Part shown: positions 20,729 to 31,378 of the stretch, piece after piece
Position numbering within the stretch: the stretch's first letter is position 1
Layout: the number at the start of each line of letters is the position of its first letter
Assembly: GCA_963735595.1 (NCBI GenBank)
Contig: CAVTLK010000001.1
Span: 608,001-672,000, forward strand
Direction: 5' to 3'
DNA length: 64,000 nucleotides
DNA from: an uncultured delta proteobacterium
GTDB taxonomy: Bacteria; Desulfobacterota; Zymogenia; Zymogenales; Zymogenaceae
Made by a program: the position numbers and the translations under genes
The notes under the pieces: generated by a model
Told to the model about the DNA's origin: nothing
What the model saw: the letters and a program-made list of their open reading frames with translations, nothing else
Databases searched by the model: none

Positions 20729-22051
20729 TTAACTGCGGGGGCTTCTTGAAACGTCTTTTCCACGTGGACGTTTCTTATTAAGCCCGTTGGACACGACTTG
20801 TGAGAGCACCGCGAAGTCGAAGGGCTTTTCGATGTAGTCCAACGCCCCGAGCCTCAGCGCTGCGATCGCCGAATCTTTTCCGCCCTTTCCGGTGATCACT
20901 ACCACCTGCGTTTGCGGGTTCAAGGCCTTTACCCTTCTCAGCACCTCAATACCATGCCGCTTCGGCATAGCGATATCAACGATGACGACATCATAGTTCC
21001 CGTTCCCGAAACAATCCAGGGCTTCCTGGCCGTCGCGCGCGGTATCTACATGGAGGAAACCGTCTTCTCTGAGGTACTCGGCGACTGTTGTCCTGATCCC
21101 CTCTTCGTCATCCACGACCAGCACCGCGGCCTCCCGCACGTTCGATTCTTTGCTATACGGCGCGGCGCCCTGTTTCTCGCGGCCCTTTTCTTTCCGGGCC
21201 GGGCCCTTATCTACTCCTTCCCTTTCTTCTGCTGAATAGAGATCTTCGAGTCTTTTCCCGTGTCCCTTAAGTTCGAGGATCATGTTTTCGTACTGAATCG
21301 TCCTCCATGAGTATCCCCGGAAATTGTCGTGAAAGCTGGAGAAGAGGGTGTGGATATGTCCCTCCTGTTGGATTGCATAGTCGACGATCTCCCGGCCACC
21401 CGCATCAGCGGGGATCGGCGAATTGTATATTCCGTATCGGCCGACTCGCTCGTCCATCCAATCGAGGACTTTTATGTCCGGGGCCTTAGGAGACCAGCGC
21501 GTTAACAGCGACTCAACCTCCCGGGCGTGCATACGCTTTTCCGCCGCCAATCGGTTACAGAGTTCTCTGACGCTCGTACCAGTGCTGTTTCCGGCCGCTT
21601 CTTCAAACAGGAGACTACCCCGCGCGTGTACCTTGGCCAGCACGCCCATGATATCGCGTAACGAGATCTCATGAGGAGACGGGCCGTTCCCCTGATGATC
21701 TTTCGTAACGATACCGTTCTGCGGTGGAATAACGTCGTTCTTTTCCGCCCCTTTGTGCCGAAGCGCTATCGACTTCTCAACATACAGAAACAAGGAGGCC
21801 AATCCCGTCCCGAAGAAAAGCCCCAGCAGGTCGGCGGCGATATCATCGGCAGAGATCTCCGTATCTAATAGAATCTCTTTTCCCACCATGAATGAGAATG
21901 AAAGTACGCCGACGAATATGAGAGTCTTGTACCATTGAGCGCGGTGCCCCCGCCAATACGGATAGAGTATCAGCGCCCAGCCTAAAGGAACGAGCAGGGC
22001 AAGCAGACCGTGATAGAAGATGGTAACGTCGCTATATGGCGCACTGCCCAT
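20729..22051 (-). CDS. Membrane-anchored receiver protein: VanZ-like TM region, ferritin/rubrerythrin-like bundle, receiver
   Basis: Three N-terminal TM helices with KE..ISADDIAADLLG; a central four-helix pattern; C-terminal VLVVDDE..DIAMP..YIEKPFD. Confidence 0.7.
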   Translation of the reverse strand: MGSAPYSDVTIFYHGLLALLVPLGWALILYPYWRGHRAQWYKTLIFVGVLSFSFMVGKEILLDTEISADDIAADLLGLFFGTGLASLFLYVEKSIALRHKGAEKNDVIPPQNGIVTKDHQGNGPSPHEISLRDIMGVLAKVHARGSLLFEEAAGNSTGTSVRELCNRLAAEKRMHAREVESLLTRWSPKAPDIKVLDWMDERVGRYGIYNSPIPADAGGREIVDYAIQQEGHIHTLFSSFHDNFRGYSWRTIQYENMILELKGHGKRLEDLYSAEEREGVDKGPARKEKGREKQGAAPYSKESNVREAAVLVVDDEEGIRTTVAEYLREDGFLHVDTARDGQEALDCFGNGNYDVVIVDIAMPKRHGIEVLRRVKALNPQTQVVVITGKGGKDSAIAALRLGALDYIEKPFDFAVLSQVVSNGLNKKRPRGKDVSRSPRS

Positions 22052-22291
22052 TCGTTTGGCCTCCTATCCCGGGACGGCGGGGTTGGGAACAACCCGGATT
22101 GGCTTATCCTTCCAAGGAAAGCGAAAACCGGCCTGTATCATCGGGGTATCCCGTTTCCGGCGAATTCCACTCCCTCAAGTGCTGAAGGACTTTCGATCGG
22201 TACGTGAATCGGGGCGACCCCCGAATACAATATTGGCTCTTTGGCACGGGAGGTATACGTATTACCTCCGAATTTTTGTATCCCGGTGTGC

Positions 22292-25200
22292 TTAGCGTCG
22301 GTCTTCCCCAATCCGCTCGATCTCCTCCGCAAGCGAGTTCAGAATGAACCGGATTACTTCGTCATTGCGTTCTTTCGCGGCTGCCTCTATCTGTCTGCCG
22401 ATGATGCTGATCTTTTCTCTCCCGAAAGCCCCTCCGGTACCCTTCAGGTCGTGCCCTATTCGAGAGAGGGCCTCATAATCCCGATTGTCGGCCGCCTGCG
22501 ACAACTCACCGTATCTTTCGGGAAGACTCTCATCAAACTCCTTGAATATCTCCATGAGTTCTTCACTGACTGCCGGCTCGTCCTGTCGGCTATCGGGTGA
22601 AACGGCAGCCGGTATTCCCTGCACTACGTGAACGGTGATTTCACGGATTAGATCCTCTTTTTTCACCGGCTTGGTAAGATACCCGTCGAATCCGGCGGTA
22701 AGGATTTTTTCTTTCTCTCCCTTCATCGCATGGGCGGTAAGGGCAATAATGGGAATGTGGCTCACACGTTTATCTGATTTGATCAGGCGTGTCGCCTCAT
22801 AGCCGTCCATAACCGGCATCTGGATATCCATAAGAATGAGGTCAAACGATCCCGGTTCGACCATCTGCACAGCCTCGCGCCCGTTTGTCGCGGTCTTTAT
22901 CTCATAATTTTCCTTGAGAAGTATCCTCAATATCAGTTTACGGTTTAATTCGTTATCCTCGACCAGGAGTATGACCGCCTTCCGCCCCAGTCCCGAGTGT
23001 ATATATTTCCTGTGCGGTACGGCCGGCATCTTGAATTTGTTAATGATCTGCTCGATCTGGGACAGAACCATTCGCGAGCTAAGCTGGCTTTCATCCAGTA
23101 GTGAGTGCGTGATCCCTTCCAACTTCGCTGTGTCCTGTTCGGTTATCGGCTTTCCCGTGATGAAGACTACCGGGACATCGCGTATCGCAGATTCATGCTT
23201 GAGCAACAGGAGAAAATCGAAGCCGGTCGTCTTCTCCAGGAATACATCAAGGATAATGAGGTCCACTTCGTTACCGTCTTTCAGGTACGCGAGAGCGTCC
23301 GCCGGATCAGAAAAGGGGACGGAGACAAAGCCCTCTTCGCGTAACATCTCGGCCAAGAAATCGAGAACGGGCTGATCATCATCGATGATGAGAATCCTTA
23401 TTCTTTTTTCCACGCCTACGAACCTTCCGAGCGTTACTATCTTATTGATCAACGCTTCACCGACAATCGGCTTCTGGACGTAATCGATGGCTCCGAGAGA
23501 TATTGCTTTCTCCTTCTCCGATAATACGGAAATGACTACCACCGGTATATCGGCGGTCTTTTCGTTCTGCTTCAGTCGCTGAAGCACTTCCCATCCGGAA
23601 ATACCGGGCAGCATAATATCCAGAATAATGAGGGACGGGTTATGCTTAATAACAAGAGGCAGGACCTCTTTGCCGTTGGATGTGGTAAACACGGAAAAAC
23701 CATTATTCTCGAACAGATGCCGATAGAGCTTTAAGGTAAGAGGATCATCCTCTACAATAATAATTGTATTTGCGGGCTCCCGACCGGTCTCGGGATACCT
23801 CGGTTTGGGAAGCTGCACCGGTATTTGGAACGTAAAGACGCTGCCCTTCCCCTCCTCGGAAGATACATCGATCTCTCCCCCGAGCAACTCTACCAGCCTT
23901 TTCGCGATAAAGAGCCCCAGGCCGGTCCCGCCGTATTTGCGTGTCGTGAGCGCGTCGGCCTGTGTAAAGGGATCGAAGATGAGGTCAATCTTTTCACCGG
24001 GTATCCCGCAACCGGTATCCCTGACTGAAACGAAAATCCGTGTAGTTTCCTCATCAATCGTATCCGCGCGAACCGATATAAAAACGCCTCCCTCTTCGGT
24101 AAATTTCACGGCGTTTGAGACCAGGTTAACGAGAATCTGCCTGAGCTTGTCGGAATCACTGATGATCTTGGTCGGTGTATCCTGGTCAATTGTGAGATCC
24201 AGTTCTATTCCCTTTTCCCGGGCCTTCAGTCGTGTTATGGACACAACGCTGTTAAGAAGCTCAAAGAGGAAAAATTCCTCACTATTGATACTGGTTGCGC
24301 CGGATTCGATCTTGGACAGGTCCAAGATCTCGTTTATGAGATTAAGCAGCGTCTGCCCGCTTTCGTAGATCGCCTTGACGGATTCCCTCTCCTCTTCGGA
24401 CAGGTCTTCTTCCATCAGAAGCTCCGAAAAGCCGAGAATGGCATTCATCGGCGTCCTGATTTCGTGCGACATATTAGCGAGAAACTGGCTTTTGGCCATA
24501 CTGGCTTGTTCGGCACTGACCTTGGCTTCTTCTAGTTCGTTCAACAGTTTCCTTTTTTCCGATACGTCCCGTATGATACCCTGATACCCGACGATGTTGC
24601 CCGAATCATCTTTCCTCACTACCGCCGTCTCAAGACACTCAACGGGAGTCCCGTTCCTTTTCTTGTACAGTACTTCGAAATCTCGTACATATTCCTTGCT
24701 CTGTATCTCTTTTTCGAACGCCGCCCTATCGCCGCTAACGGCGTACAGATTGCGCGCATCGAGGGACATTAGTTCATTCTCCGAGTAGCCGAATAACGCA
24801 ATCCCCGCAGGATTAATATCGGTTATCTTTCCATCAACGTCCGATATATAGATAGCGTCTCTGGAAGTCATGAATATTCCCAGCCACTTAACCTCCGAGC
24901 TCCTTAATTCTATCGTCCTGTCAAAAAGGAGTTTATTTAACTCCTCCAGCTTCGTTTCCGCCTCCTTCCTTTTCGAGATATCAATGCCGACACCGGTCAG
25001 GAAGTGGTCGCCGCCAACCTGCACATCCGCGACCGACAGTAAGAACGGGATCTTTCCGCCGCCTCGTGATATGAGATTTGTCTCCACTGTAGACTGCGCA
25101 TCTGTTGAAACCTCGTTAATCCGTTTTGCTATCTCATCGCGTTTCTCCGTGTCAAAATAGTCAAAGAAACTCATCTTCGATATTTCCGTGTTGGAGTATC

Positions 25201-26086
25201 CCGATATTATTTCGAGGTTATTATTCCATCGGAGAACATTCAGCTGGTCGTCTAACAGGTAGAAGATGACGGGCAAGCTGTTGACGATCGACTCAAAAAA
25301 ATCTTTTTCTTTCCGTAGTTCATGTTCGGCTTTCTTTCTGAGCGAGATATCCCGGGCAATTCCCAGTACGAGGTTTTCACCACGAATCGCTACCGGGTAC
25401 GTGCGTACCTCCACATATATCTCGCTTCCGTCCCTTCGTATCACTGCCAGCTCGTCCGGGCCTGTGGGAAGACCCTGGATATTTTTTGCGAGGATCTCGG
25501 CCCCTTTCTCGGCCTGATCCTCACCAAATACATTAAGCTGCCGAAAAGTCCTCCCGATGAAGTCCGCCTTGCTACCGCCGATCATGGCCTGCGCCGCCTT
25601 ATTTGCGTCGACTATCCTGCCTTTGAGATCACTGAGGTAGTACGCATCCGGCGCGTCTTCAAAGAGCACTCTCAGTCTCTCTTCGGAATCCCTTATCTCC
25701 CGGTCTCTCGCCTTATGCTCGGATATATCCCGACAGATCCCGATCGAGTACCTGAACTCATCTTTCTGAACTATTGATACGGATAGTTCGACATCAAATT
25801 CCGAACCGTCTTTCCTCTTTGCCTCCAGCTGCACCGTCTTGCCTATGACCGAACCGCTCCCGGTTTTGCTGAAGATATCCAGGCCCTTCTTCTTGTCCTT
25901 TTTATATCGGTCCGGGACAATAAAACCAATAAGCGGCCTATCGATGACATCCTCGTATGAATACCCGAACATCGATTCTGCGGCCGAATTCCACAAAATA
26001 ACGTTAAAGGATTCGTCGATGACCACGATCGCGTCAACCGAGTTGTCAACTATTTCTTGATATGGTAGGTTGTGTTTCATTTTCAC
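22292..26086 (-). CDS. Cytoplasmic hybrid histidine kinase (4 PAS, HisKA, HATPase, 3 receivers, Hpt)
   Basis: FLANMSHEIRTPMN, NLVSNAVKFT, GGTGLGL, three REC motifs, GHDLKGTGGAFG. Confidence 0.95.
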   Translation of the reverse strand: MKMKHNLPYQEIVDNSVDAIVVIDESFNVILWNSAAESMFGYSYEDVIDRPLIGFIVPDRYKKDKKKGLDIFSKTGSGSVIGKTVQLEAKRKDGSEFDVELSVSIVQKDEFRYSIGICRDISEHKARDREIRDSEERLRVLFEDAPDAYYLSDLKGRIVDANKAAQAMIGGSKADFIGRTFRQLNVFGEDQAEKGAEILAKNIQGLPTGPDELAVIRRDGSEIYVEVRTYPVAIRGENLVLGIARDISLRKKAEHELRKEKDFFESIVNSLPVIFYLLDDQLNVLRWNNNLEIISGYSNTEISKMSFFDYFDTEKRDEIAKRINEVSTDAQSTVETNLISRGGGKIPFLLSVADVQVGGDHFLTGVGIDISKRKEAETKLEELNKLLFDRTIELRSSEVKWLGIFMTSRDAIYISDVDGKITDINPAGIALFGYSENELMSLDARNLYAVSGDRAAFEKEIQSKEYVRDFEVLYKKRNGTPVECLETAVVRKDDSGNIVGYQGIIRDVSEKRKLLNELEEAKVSAEQASMAKSQFLANMSHEIRTPMNAILGFSELLMEEDLSEEERESVKAIYESGQTLLNLINEILDLSKIESGATSINSEEFFLFELLNSVVSITRLKAREKGIELDLTIDQDTPTKIISDSDKLRQILVNLVSNAVKFTEEGGVFISVRADTIDEETTRIFVSVRDTGCGIPGEKIDLIFDPFTQADALTTRKYGGTGLGLFIAKRLVELLGGEIDVSSEEGKGSVFTFQIPVQLPKPRYPETGREPANTIIIVEDDPLTLKLYRHLFENNGFSVFTTSNGKEVLPLVIKHNPSLIILDIMLPGISGWEVLQRLKQNEKTADIPVVVISVLSEKEKAISLGAIDYVQKPIVGEALINKIVTLGRFVGVEKRIRILIIDDDQPVLDFLAEMLREEGFVSVPFSDPADALAYLKDGNEVDLIILDVFLEKTTGFDFLLLLKHESAIRDVPVVFITGKPITEQDTAKLEGITHSLLDESQLSSRMVLSQIEQIINKFKMPAVPHRKYIHSGLGRKAVILLVEDNELNRKLILRILLKENYEIKTATNGREAVQMVEPGSFDLILMDIQMPVMDGYEATRLIKSDKRVSHIPIIALTAHAMKGEKEKILTAGFDGYLTKPVKKEDLIREITVHVVQGIPAAVSPDSRQDEPAVSEELMEIFKEFDESLPERYGELSQAADNRDYEALSRIGHDLKGTGGAFGREKISIIGRQIEAAAKERNDEVIRFILNSLAEEIERIGEDRR

Positions 26087-27627
26087 GTCTTCTGATCAAA
26101 CAGTAGTTTCAATTCCATGGCCTGCCGGACTATTTTGTTCAGTGCGCTGAAGTCAATCGGCTTTTCAATTAAACGGTGGGCTCCCAGTCTGAGGGCCGCC
26201 ACGGCCGCATCTTTATCGGCATGGCCCGTTATTATGATAACCTGGGAATGGGGGGACAATATCTTAACGTATCCGAGGACTTCAATGCCGTTTCGTTTTG
26301 GCATGACGATATCGGTAATCACCACGTCGTGCTTTTTCTCCGTAAACAGCGTTATTGCTTCCTGGCCGTCTTTGGCCAAATCAATGTGCGTAAATCCTTC
26401 GGTGCGCATAAACCCTTCCCCAAGCCTGCGTATCTCCGGCTCATCATCCACAAAAAGGATCTGCGCGTTCAGAATATCGGACTCGTCCTTGAACGAAACC
26501 GACCCTTTCCTGATGAGCTGACTGAGCAGCTCCTCTCGTACCGAGGCAAGCTGTTCCTTTTCGAGAAAGGCTTGCCGTTTGCCGTAGATGTTCTCGATAT
26601 TAAATGCTATTTCTTCAATGAACTGCGTAAGTAGCTGGCCCTTGTCACCCCTTCCCGGTAGTTCCATTTTCGGCTTCGGGATGAAATACGATGCCCCGAG
26701 GAAACTCGTCTCTATCTTCAGCTCCGCATCGTCCGAACCCGTCGTGATGACCACCGGTATCGATGGGAAGTTGCGGCTGATATACTTGAGAAGATCCATC
26801 CCCCCATAGACGTCCTTGTCGTCGTAGAGACCCGCCATCACCAAATCCAGAATTATGACCGGAGATACCCGTTCCATGTCGATCTGCTGAATTCTCTTCA
26901 GTGCGTCCTTTACGTTGTCGTACGCTTCCACATCGAAGCCGAAAGCGGTTAGCCCGTCGGTTATTATCCGTCGGATAAGCAGCTCATCTTCGACAACAAT
27001 AACTATCTCACGGGGTTTAAACGTTGTGAGGCTCTTTGCTACTTTCGATAACGTTTCGCTGATATCCTGCTCATATCCTCCCGGGGGTTTTGAACTTAGG
27101 CCGGTAAAGGCATTTTCCAGCTCATCGTCAAGCTCATCGATGGAGTCGTCGACCTTATTGAGGAAGTCATCGATATCTACCATCGGCACGGCCGCATCAT
27201 CCGCCGTGTCACCTGCCTTGAAACGATATATGCCTTCCCAAAAGAGCATCCCAAACAAAGCCTCTTCGCTTAGACCCCTTAGGATATCAGACAATGTATC
27301 TGTCGATAAACAACCCTCATCAATGAGCAGCTTCTCCAATCGGTAATGGGGATTGTTTTTCTGTTTCTCCTCCACTATCCGTAATTCATTTTCCGTGATT
27401 ATTCCCCGCTTCAGGATCTCCTCGCTCACCTTTTTCTTCAGCAATGGGGTCGTCGCGGAGACAATATCGCCCCTGTTGATCGTAATGGTCCCGAAACCTT
27501 CTCTCGCCTTTATAAGGAGCTTGCCCGTCTGCCTGTCTTGTTTGACGGCCCTCAGCAGCGATTGAAGGGTCCCCGCTTTCAGTTTCCCCGACGTTATCTC
27601 CTCGGATTGCTTAACCCTTTTTTCCAC
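26083..27627 (-). CDS. DUF4388-like N-terminal domain plus two receiver domains
   Basis: SGKL..LQSLL..QTGKLLI..WEGIYRF pattern followed by two REC domains. Confidence 0.8.
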   Translation of the reverse strand: MEKRVKQSEEITSGKLKAGTLQSLLRAVKQDRQTGKLLIKAREGFGTITINRGDIVSATTPLLKKKVSEEILKRGIITENELRIVEEKQKNNPHYRLEKLLIDEGCLSTDTLSDILRGLSEEALFGMLFWEGIYRFKAGDTADDAAVPMVDIDDFLNKVDDSIDELDDELENAFTGLSSKPPGGYEQDISETLSKVAKSLTTFKPREIVIVVEDELLIRRIITDGLTAFGFDVEAYDNVKDALKRIQQIDMERVSPVIILDLVMAGLYDDKDVYGGMDLLKYISRNFPSIPVVITTGSDDAELKIETSFLGASYFIPKPKMELPGRGDKGQLLTQFIEEIAFNIENIYGKRQAFLEKEQLASVREELLSQLIRKGSVSFKDESDILNAQILFVDDEPEIRRLGEGFMRTEGFTHIDLAKDGQEAITLFTEKKHDVVITDIVMPKRNGIEVLGYVKILSPHSQVIIITGHADKDAAVAALRLGAHRLIEKPIDFSALNKIVRQAMELKLLFDQKT

Positions 27628-27681
27628 GACTTAATCCCGTATCCTTTCGTTGCGGCGCTCTATCTATCGCCCCTCGGAATC

Positions 27682-28491
27682 CTACTCCGTTTCTCCCCTG
27701 TATTTTATCAGCATCCGCTTTTCCACCGCCCGCTTGGCGATCCGCGCAAGGCCAAACAGGTCAAACGGCTTTTCAATATAGTCGTAAGCCCCGAGCCGCA
27801 CCGCGGTTATGGCCGAGCTCTTGTCCGCGTTGCCCGTAGCTATTATCACCTGGGATTCGGGGGATATCGCCTTCACGTGTCTGAGTACCTCAATTCCGTT
27901 GGCTTTCGGCATTACGATATCGACAATCACAAGATCGTGCCTGACCTCATTGAATTTCGCTATCGCTTCCTGCCCGTCGCGCGCCGTATCCAGAGAAGTA
28001 AACCCCTCTCCGCCCAGGCATTCAGTGACTATTTTAACGATTTCGTCCTCGTCGTCGGCAATCAGGATACGCGCCCCTTTCATCTTCTCCATGTCAAGCC
28101 CGTGTGGATTGTCGTAGATGAACTCGATGGGGCCTTTTACCAGTTCATAGGCCTTATTAATCTCTTCGAGCTGTTCTATCGTGATCGGCTTGGTAACGCT
28201 GGCATATACGCCCTTCTTCAATGTTGATTCCGACAACCGCTGCACCGCGTTTCCGGAAAGGATTACCGCCGATATCGTTGGGTCTATGTCCCGCATTTTT
28301 TTCAGCGTTTCGTATCCGTCTATTCCCGGCATGACAACGTCGACATAGGCAAGGTCAACCCCATGATCTCTGACATAATCAATCGCGTCATATCCGTTTG
28401 CGACGGCTACCACGGTCTGACCCGAGAGTTCAAGGGCCTCTTTAAGGTACTCCCTGATTGCGGGATCATCATCCACGACTAGAATCTTCAT
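27682..28491 (-). CDS. Tandem receiver-domain protein (REC-REC)
   Basis: ILVVDDD..DVVMP..TKP and ILIADDE..DIVMP..EKPFD. Confidence 0.92.
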   Translation of the reverse strand: MKILVVDDDPAIREYLKEALELSGQTVVAVANGYDAIDYVRDHGVDLAYVDVVMPGIDGYETLKKMRDIDPTISAVILSGNAVQRLSESTLKKGVYASVTKPITIEQLEEINKAYELVKGPIEFIYDNPHGLDMEKMKGARILIADDEDEIVKIVTECLGGEGFTSLDTARDGQEAIAKFNEVRHDLVIVDIVMPKANGIEVLRHVKAISPESQVIIATGNADKSSAITAVRLGAYDYIEKPFDLFGLARIAKRAVEKRMLIKYRGETE

Positions 28492-28718
28492 CGATTACCC
28501 CTCCGTATTACCCGTTTTCACATACAACTAATCCTCGATCATGCTCCGTATCTTTTCCAACGAGGTTAGGCCAGCGCATACAATAAACCGGCGTCCCCAT
28601 ATCTACGTCATGTCAACGGCACGACGCGACAGGCCGTAAGGCCGGGGAGATCGGACGGACAGAAGCCGTTGCGTTTTCTATTTCGGTAACAGGCCCGCCG
28701 AGAAAACGCATGCGTCGC

Positions 28719-31238
28719 TCATCCGATGATTTCATCGACTGTCTTTAATAATACACCGATCTCAAACGGTTTTTCAATAAATCTGTTGCCGGCGAGAGTC
28801 AGGGTATTTTGCAGTTCTGTGTCAAGAGCACCGCCCGTGACATAAAGCACTTTCCCCACCAAGTTCGGACAGTGAGTCTCAATATAATAATAGAATCCCT
28901 CTCCGATGGTCGCTCCCGTTTTCGGATCGGAAATGACCAGATCGTATCGATTCTTCTCCAATTCCCCGATGGCCCTCTCGCAGCCGTCGCAGCGATCAAC
29001 GTGATATCCCTCGTTCGAAAGTGCTTCTGAGATCATTGGCGCCAACCCGTCATCACCATCTACCAGCAGTATCGATTTAGCGCGTCGTAATGCATCCTCT
29101 TGCACGGGATGCCCGCCATCGTGTAACTCCCTTCTTTCTGCTCTTTCCTCCGGCGCACGTATCGGCAGCATAATCGTAAACGTTGTTCCATTGCCCGGTT
29201 GGCTGTCTGCAGAAATCGTTCCGTTGTGCTCATTGATGATGCCGTAGGCCATGCTCAACCCGAGGCCGGTTCCTTCGCCGACCTCCTTTGTGGTGAAGAA
29301 GGGATCGAATATTCTCTTGAGGCGTTCTTCGCTGATACCCGGGCCGTTATCCTCGAATTCGATGACGATCTTACCCTCCTTCCGAGATGTTCTGACGGCG
29401 AGAGTGCCGCCCCCGTTTTCCACCATGGCGTCGCGCGCGTTGTTGATGACGTTGATAAACACCTGCCGAAGCTGGAACGGATCACAGAGGGTCTTGGGGA
29501 GGCCGTCGTCCAGCAACAGCCGCACGCCTATATTATTGGCCCCCATTTCGTATTCCCCGGACTTAACGGACTCCGCAATAATCTCGTTGATATCGGTCGG
29601 CCTTCGCTCCGGCTTACGCTCCCGCGCAAAAGCGAGCAATCCGCTGACTATGCGGGCCGACCTTTGCGACTCCCTGAAAACAACATTCAGTTTCTCCCGT
29701 ACCTCGTCCGGGATATCCTTTCTCATGAGCAGCTGGACGTTTCCGATGATCGACGTCAACGGGTTGTTTAATTCATGGGCGACGCCAGAGATCATCGTAC
29801 CGATACTCGACAGCTTCTCGGTCTGCAGGAGCCGCCGCTCCAGCACTCGTCGTTCCGTGACGTCCCTGACGCTCCCCTGAAAACCGACGATATTACCGTC
29901 TTTATCCTTTCTGGTGACGACGGTTACCTCGCCGTCGATTATTGTGCCGTCTTTCTTCCGTAATTTCAATTCATGGCCTTCCACGTATCCCTTCTGCGCT
30001 ACTATATCCCTGAATCTTTCTCGTTCGCCGGGTTGCGCATAAAAATCGCTGATATTCATGGTCCGGATCTCGTCGAGTGAGTATCCGAAAAAGTCCCTGA
30101 CGGCCTCGTTGTTATCGAGGATCTTTCCGTCAAGCGTGCTTATGAAGGTGAAGTCCCGCGAGGTCTCGAACACGCCCCTGAATTTCCCTTCGGATTCCGT
30201 TAACGCATCTTCGGCCCGTTTTCTCTCGGTGACGTCCTCAAAGATGGTGGCAAATTGCCCCGGCTCGGGGCGGAAGGCCGAGATCTTAAAATGCTTATCC
30301 AATAGAGGAAAATAGGTATCGAACGAGGCCGGCTGCCCGGTCGCCGATACTTCCGCATAAATATCCAGGTACGGCGCCGCATCCGCACCATAGAGGGTGG
30401 AGGCCGTTTCTCCGATAACATTCTCCCGTTTCAACCCGAGGATGGTCTCGTAGGCCGGGTTCACGTCCAATACTCGGTAGTCGATCGGCCGGCTGTCCGC
30501 GTCGTAGATGATCTCGTGGAGCGCCATCCCTTCCCGCATGGAATTGTACAGTGATGCGTAATTGTGTTCCTGCGTCTGAACGTCATGGGCCAGACGCTGG
30601 GTAACCATCAGTATCAGGGCAAACGTCAGGGCGATACTGAGCATTTGGAAAACGAGAATGTACATGACCTGAAGCGTCGGAAGCTCGAAAAAAGACGTGG
30701 CGCTCGGAATCGGCTTCAGCAGCAGGACAACGGCTCTTGTCAGCGCGACAAACGAGTAAAGGAAAAAGACGAGACCGACCCCCAGCGTGACGCGACGAAG
30801 CGAGAGATCCACGCGTCTCACCATGAGCCATGCGCATTGCAGCGTCAGGATAACCAGAGCGCCATTGATGATTATTGTCCTGATTTCTATGTCGGGCAAT
30901 CCGAGCGTGAAATAGGACATCAGACCGATAAAGACGACGACGAGGATATAGTTATGAGTCTGCGGCCGCTGTTTCTGGACGAAACGCTCTAATCCGATAT
31001 ATATGAATACAATGCCGATAATGATCATCGAGTTTGCTATGACGATCGAGATATAATCGGGGATAACGTTGCGGAGCGAAAGCAGAATGAACCCGGCCAT
31101 CTGCAGGATAAAGTCCATCAGCCAGAACGAAAGGCCCTCGTATCGTTTCCGGTTCCGATACCACAGCAGTGCAATGAACAGGGTAACCAGCGCATTGCTG
31201 ATAACACTGCTCAACAGGACCGTTTTCATGTCAAGCAT
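28719..31238 (-). CDS. Membrane hybrid histidine kinase (about 7 TM, 2 PAS, NtrB-type kinase, receiver)
   Basis: Hydrophobic N-terminal 210 aa, GVAHELNNPL, FDPFFTTK, GTGLGL. Confidence 0.93.
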   Translation of the reverse strand: MLDMKTVLLSSVISNALVTLFIALLWYRNRKRYEGLSFWLMDFILQMAGFILLSLRNVIPDYISIVIANSMIIIGIVFIYIGLERFVQKQRPQTHNYILVVVFIGLMSYFTLGLPDIEIRTIIINGALVILTLQCAWLMVRRVDLSLRRVTLGVGLVFFLYSFVALTRAVVLLLKPIPSATSFFELPTLQVMYILVFQMLSIALTFALILMVTQRLAHDVQTQEHNYASLYNSMREGMALHEIIYDADSRPIDYRVLDVNPAYETILGLKRENVIGETASTLYGADAAPYLDIYAEVSATGQPASFDTYFPLLDKHFKISAFRPEPGQFATIFEDVTERKRAEDALTESEGKFRGVFETSRDFTFISTLDGKILDNNEAVRDFFGYSLDEIRTMNISDFYAQPGERERFRDIVAQKGYVEGHELKLRKKDGTIIDGEVTVVTRKDKDGNIVGFQGSVRDVTERRVLERRLLQTEKLSSIGTMISGVAHELNNPLTSIIGNVQLLMRKDIPDEVREKLNVVFRESQRSARIVSGLLAFARERKPERRPTDINEIIAESVKSGEYEMGANNIGVRLLLDDGLPKTLCDPFQLRQVFINVINNARDAMVENGGGTLAVRTSRKEGKIVIEFEDNGPGISEERLKRIFDPFFTTKEVGEGTGLGLSMAYGIINEHNGTISADSQPGNGTTFTIMLPIRAPEERAERRELHDGGHPVQEDALRRAKSILLVDGDDGLAPMISEALSNEGYHVDRCDGCERAIGELEKNRYDLVISDPKTGATIGEGFYYYIETHCPNLVGKVLYVTGGALDTELQNTLTLAGNRFIEKPFEIGVLLKTVDEIIG

Positions 31239-31378
31239 GGCACGTTCCCTGAATTAAACGAATTAAATATCGTGTTCCATACGCGTTCTACGGCCCGCCG
31301 TCTCCTGCCGAAGGCCCTCGTAGCACCCCCGGTCTGCTATGGATGAAGACGACCGTATTATTTCGGTTTTTTCACATA

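Noticed and set aside
31238..31254. sigma54-like TGGCACG here and near 22243
   Set aside because: The -12 TTGC element is missing and both face away from the adjacent minus-strand genes.
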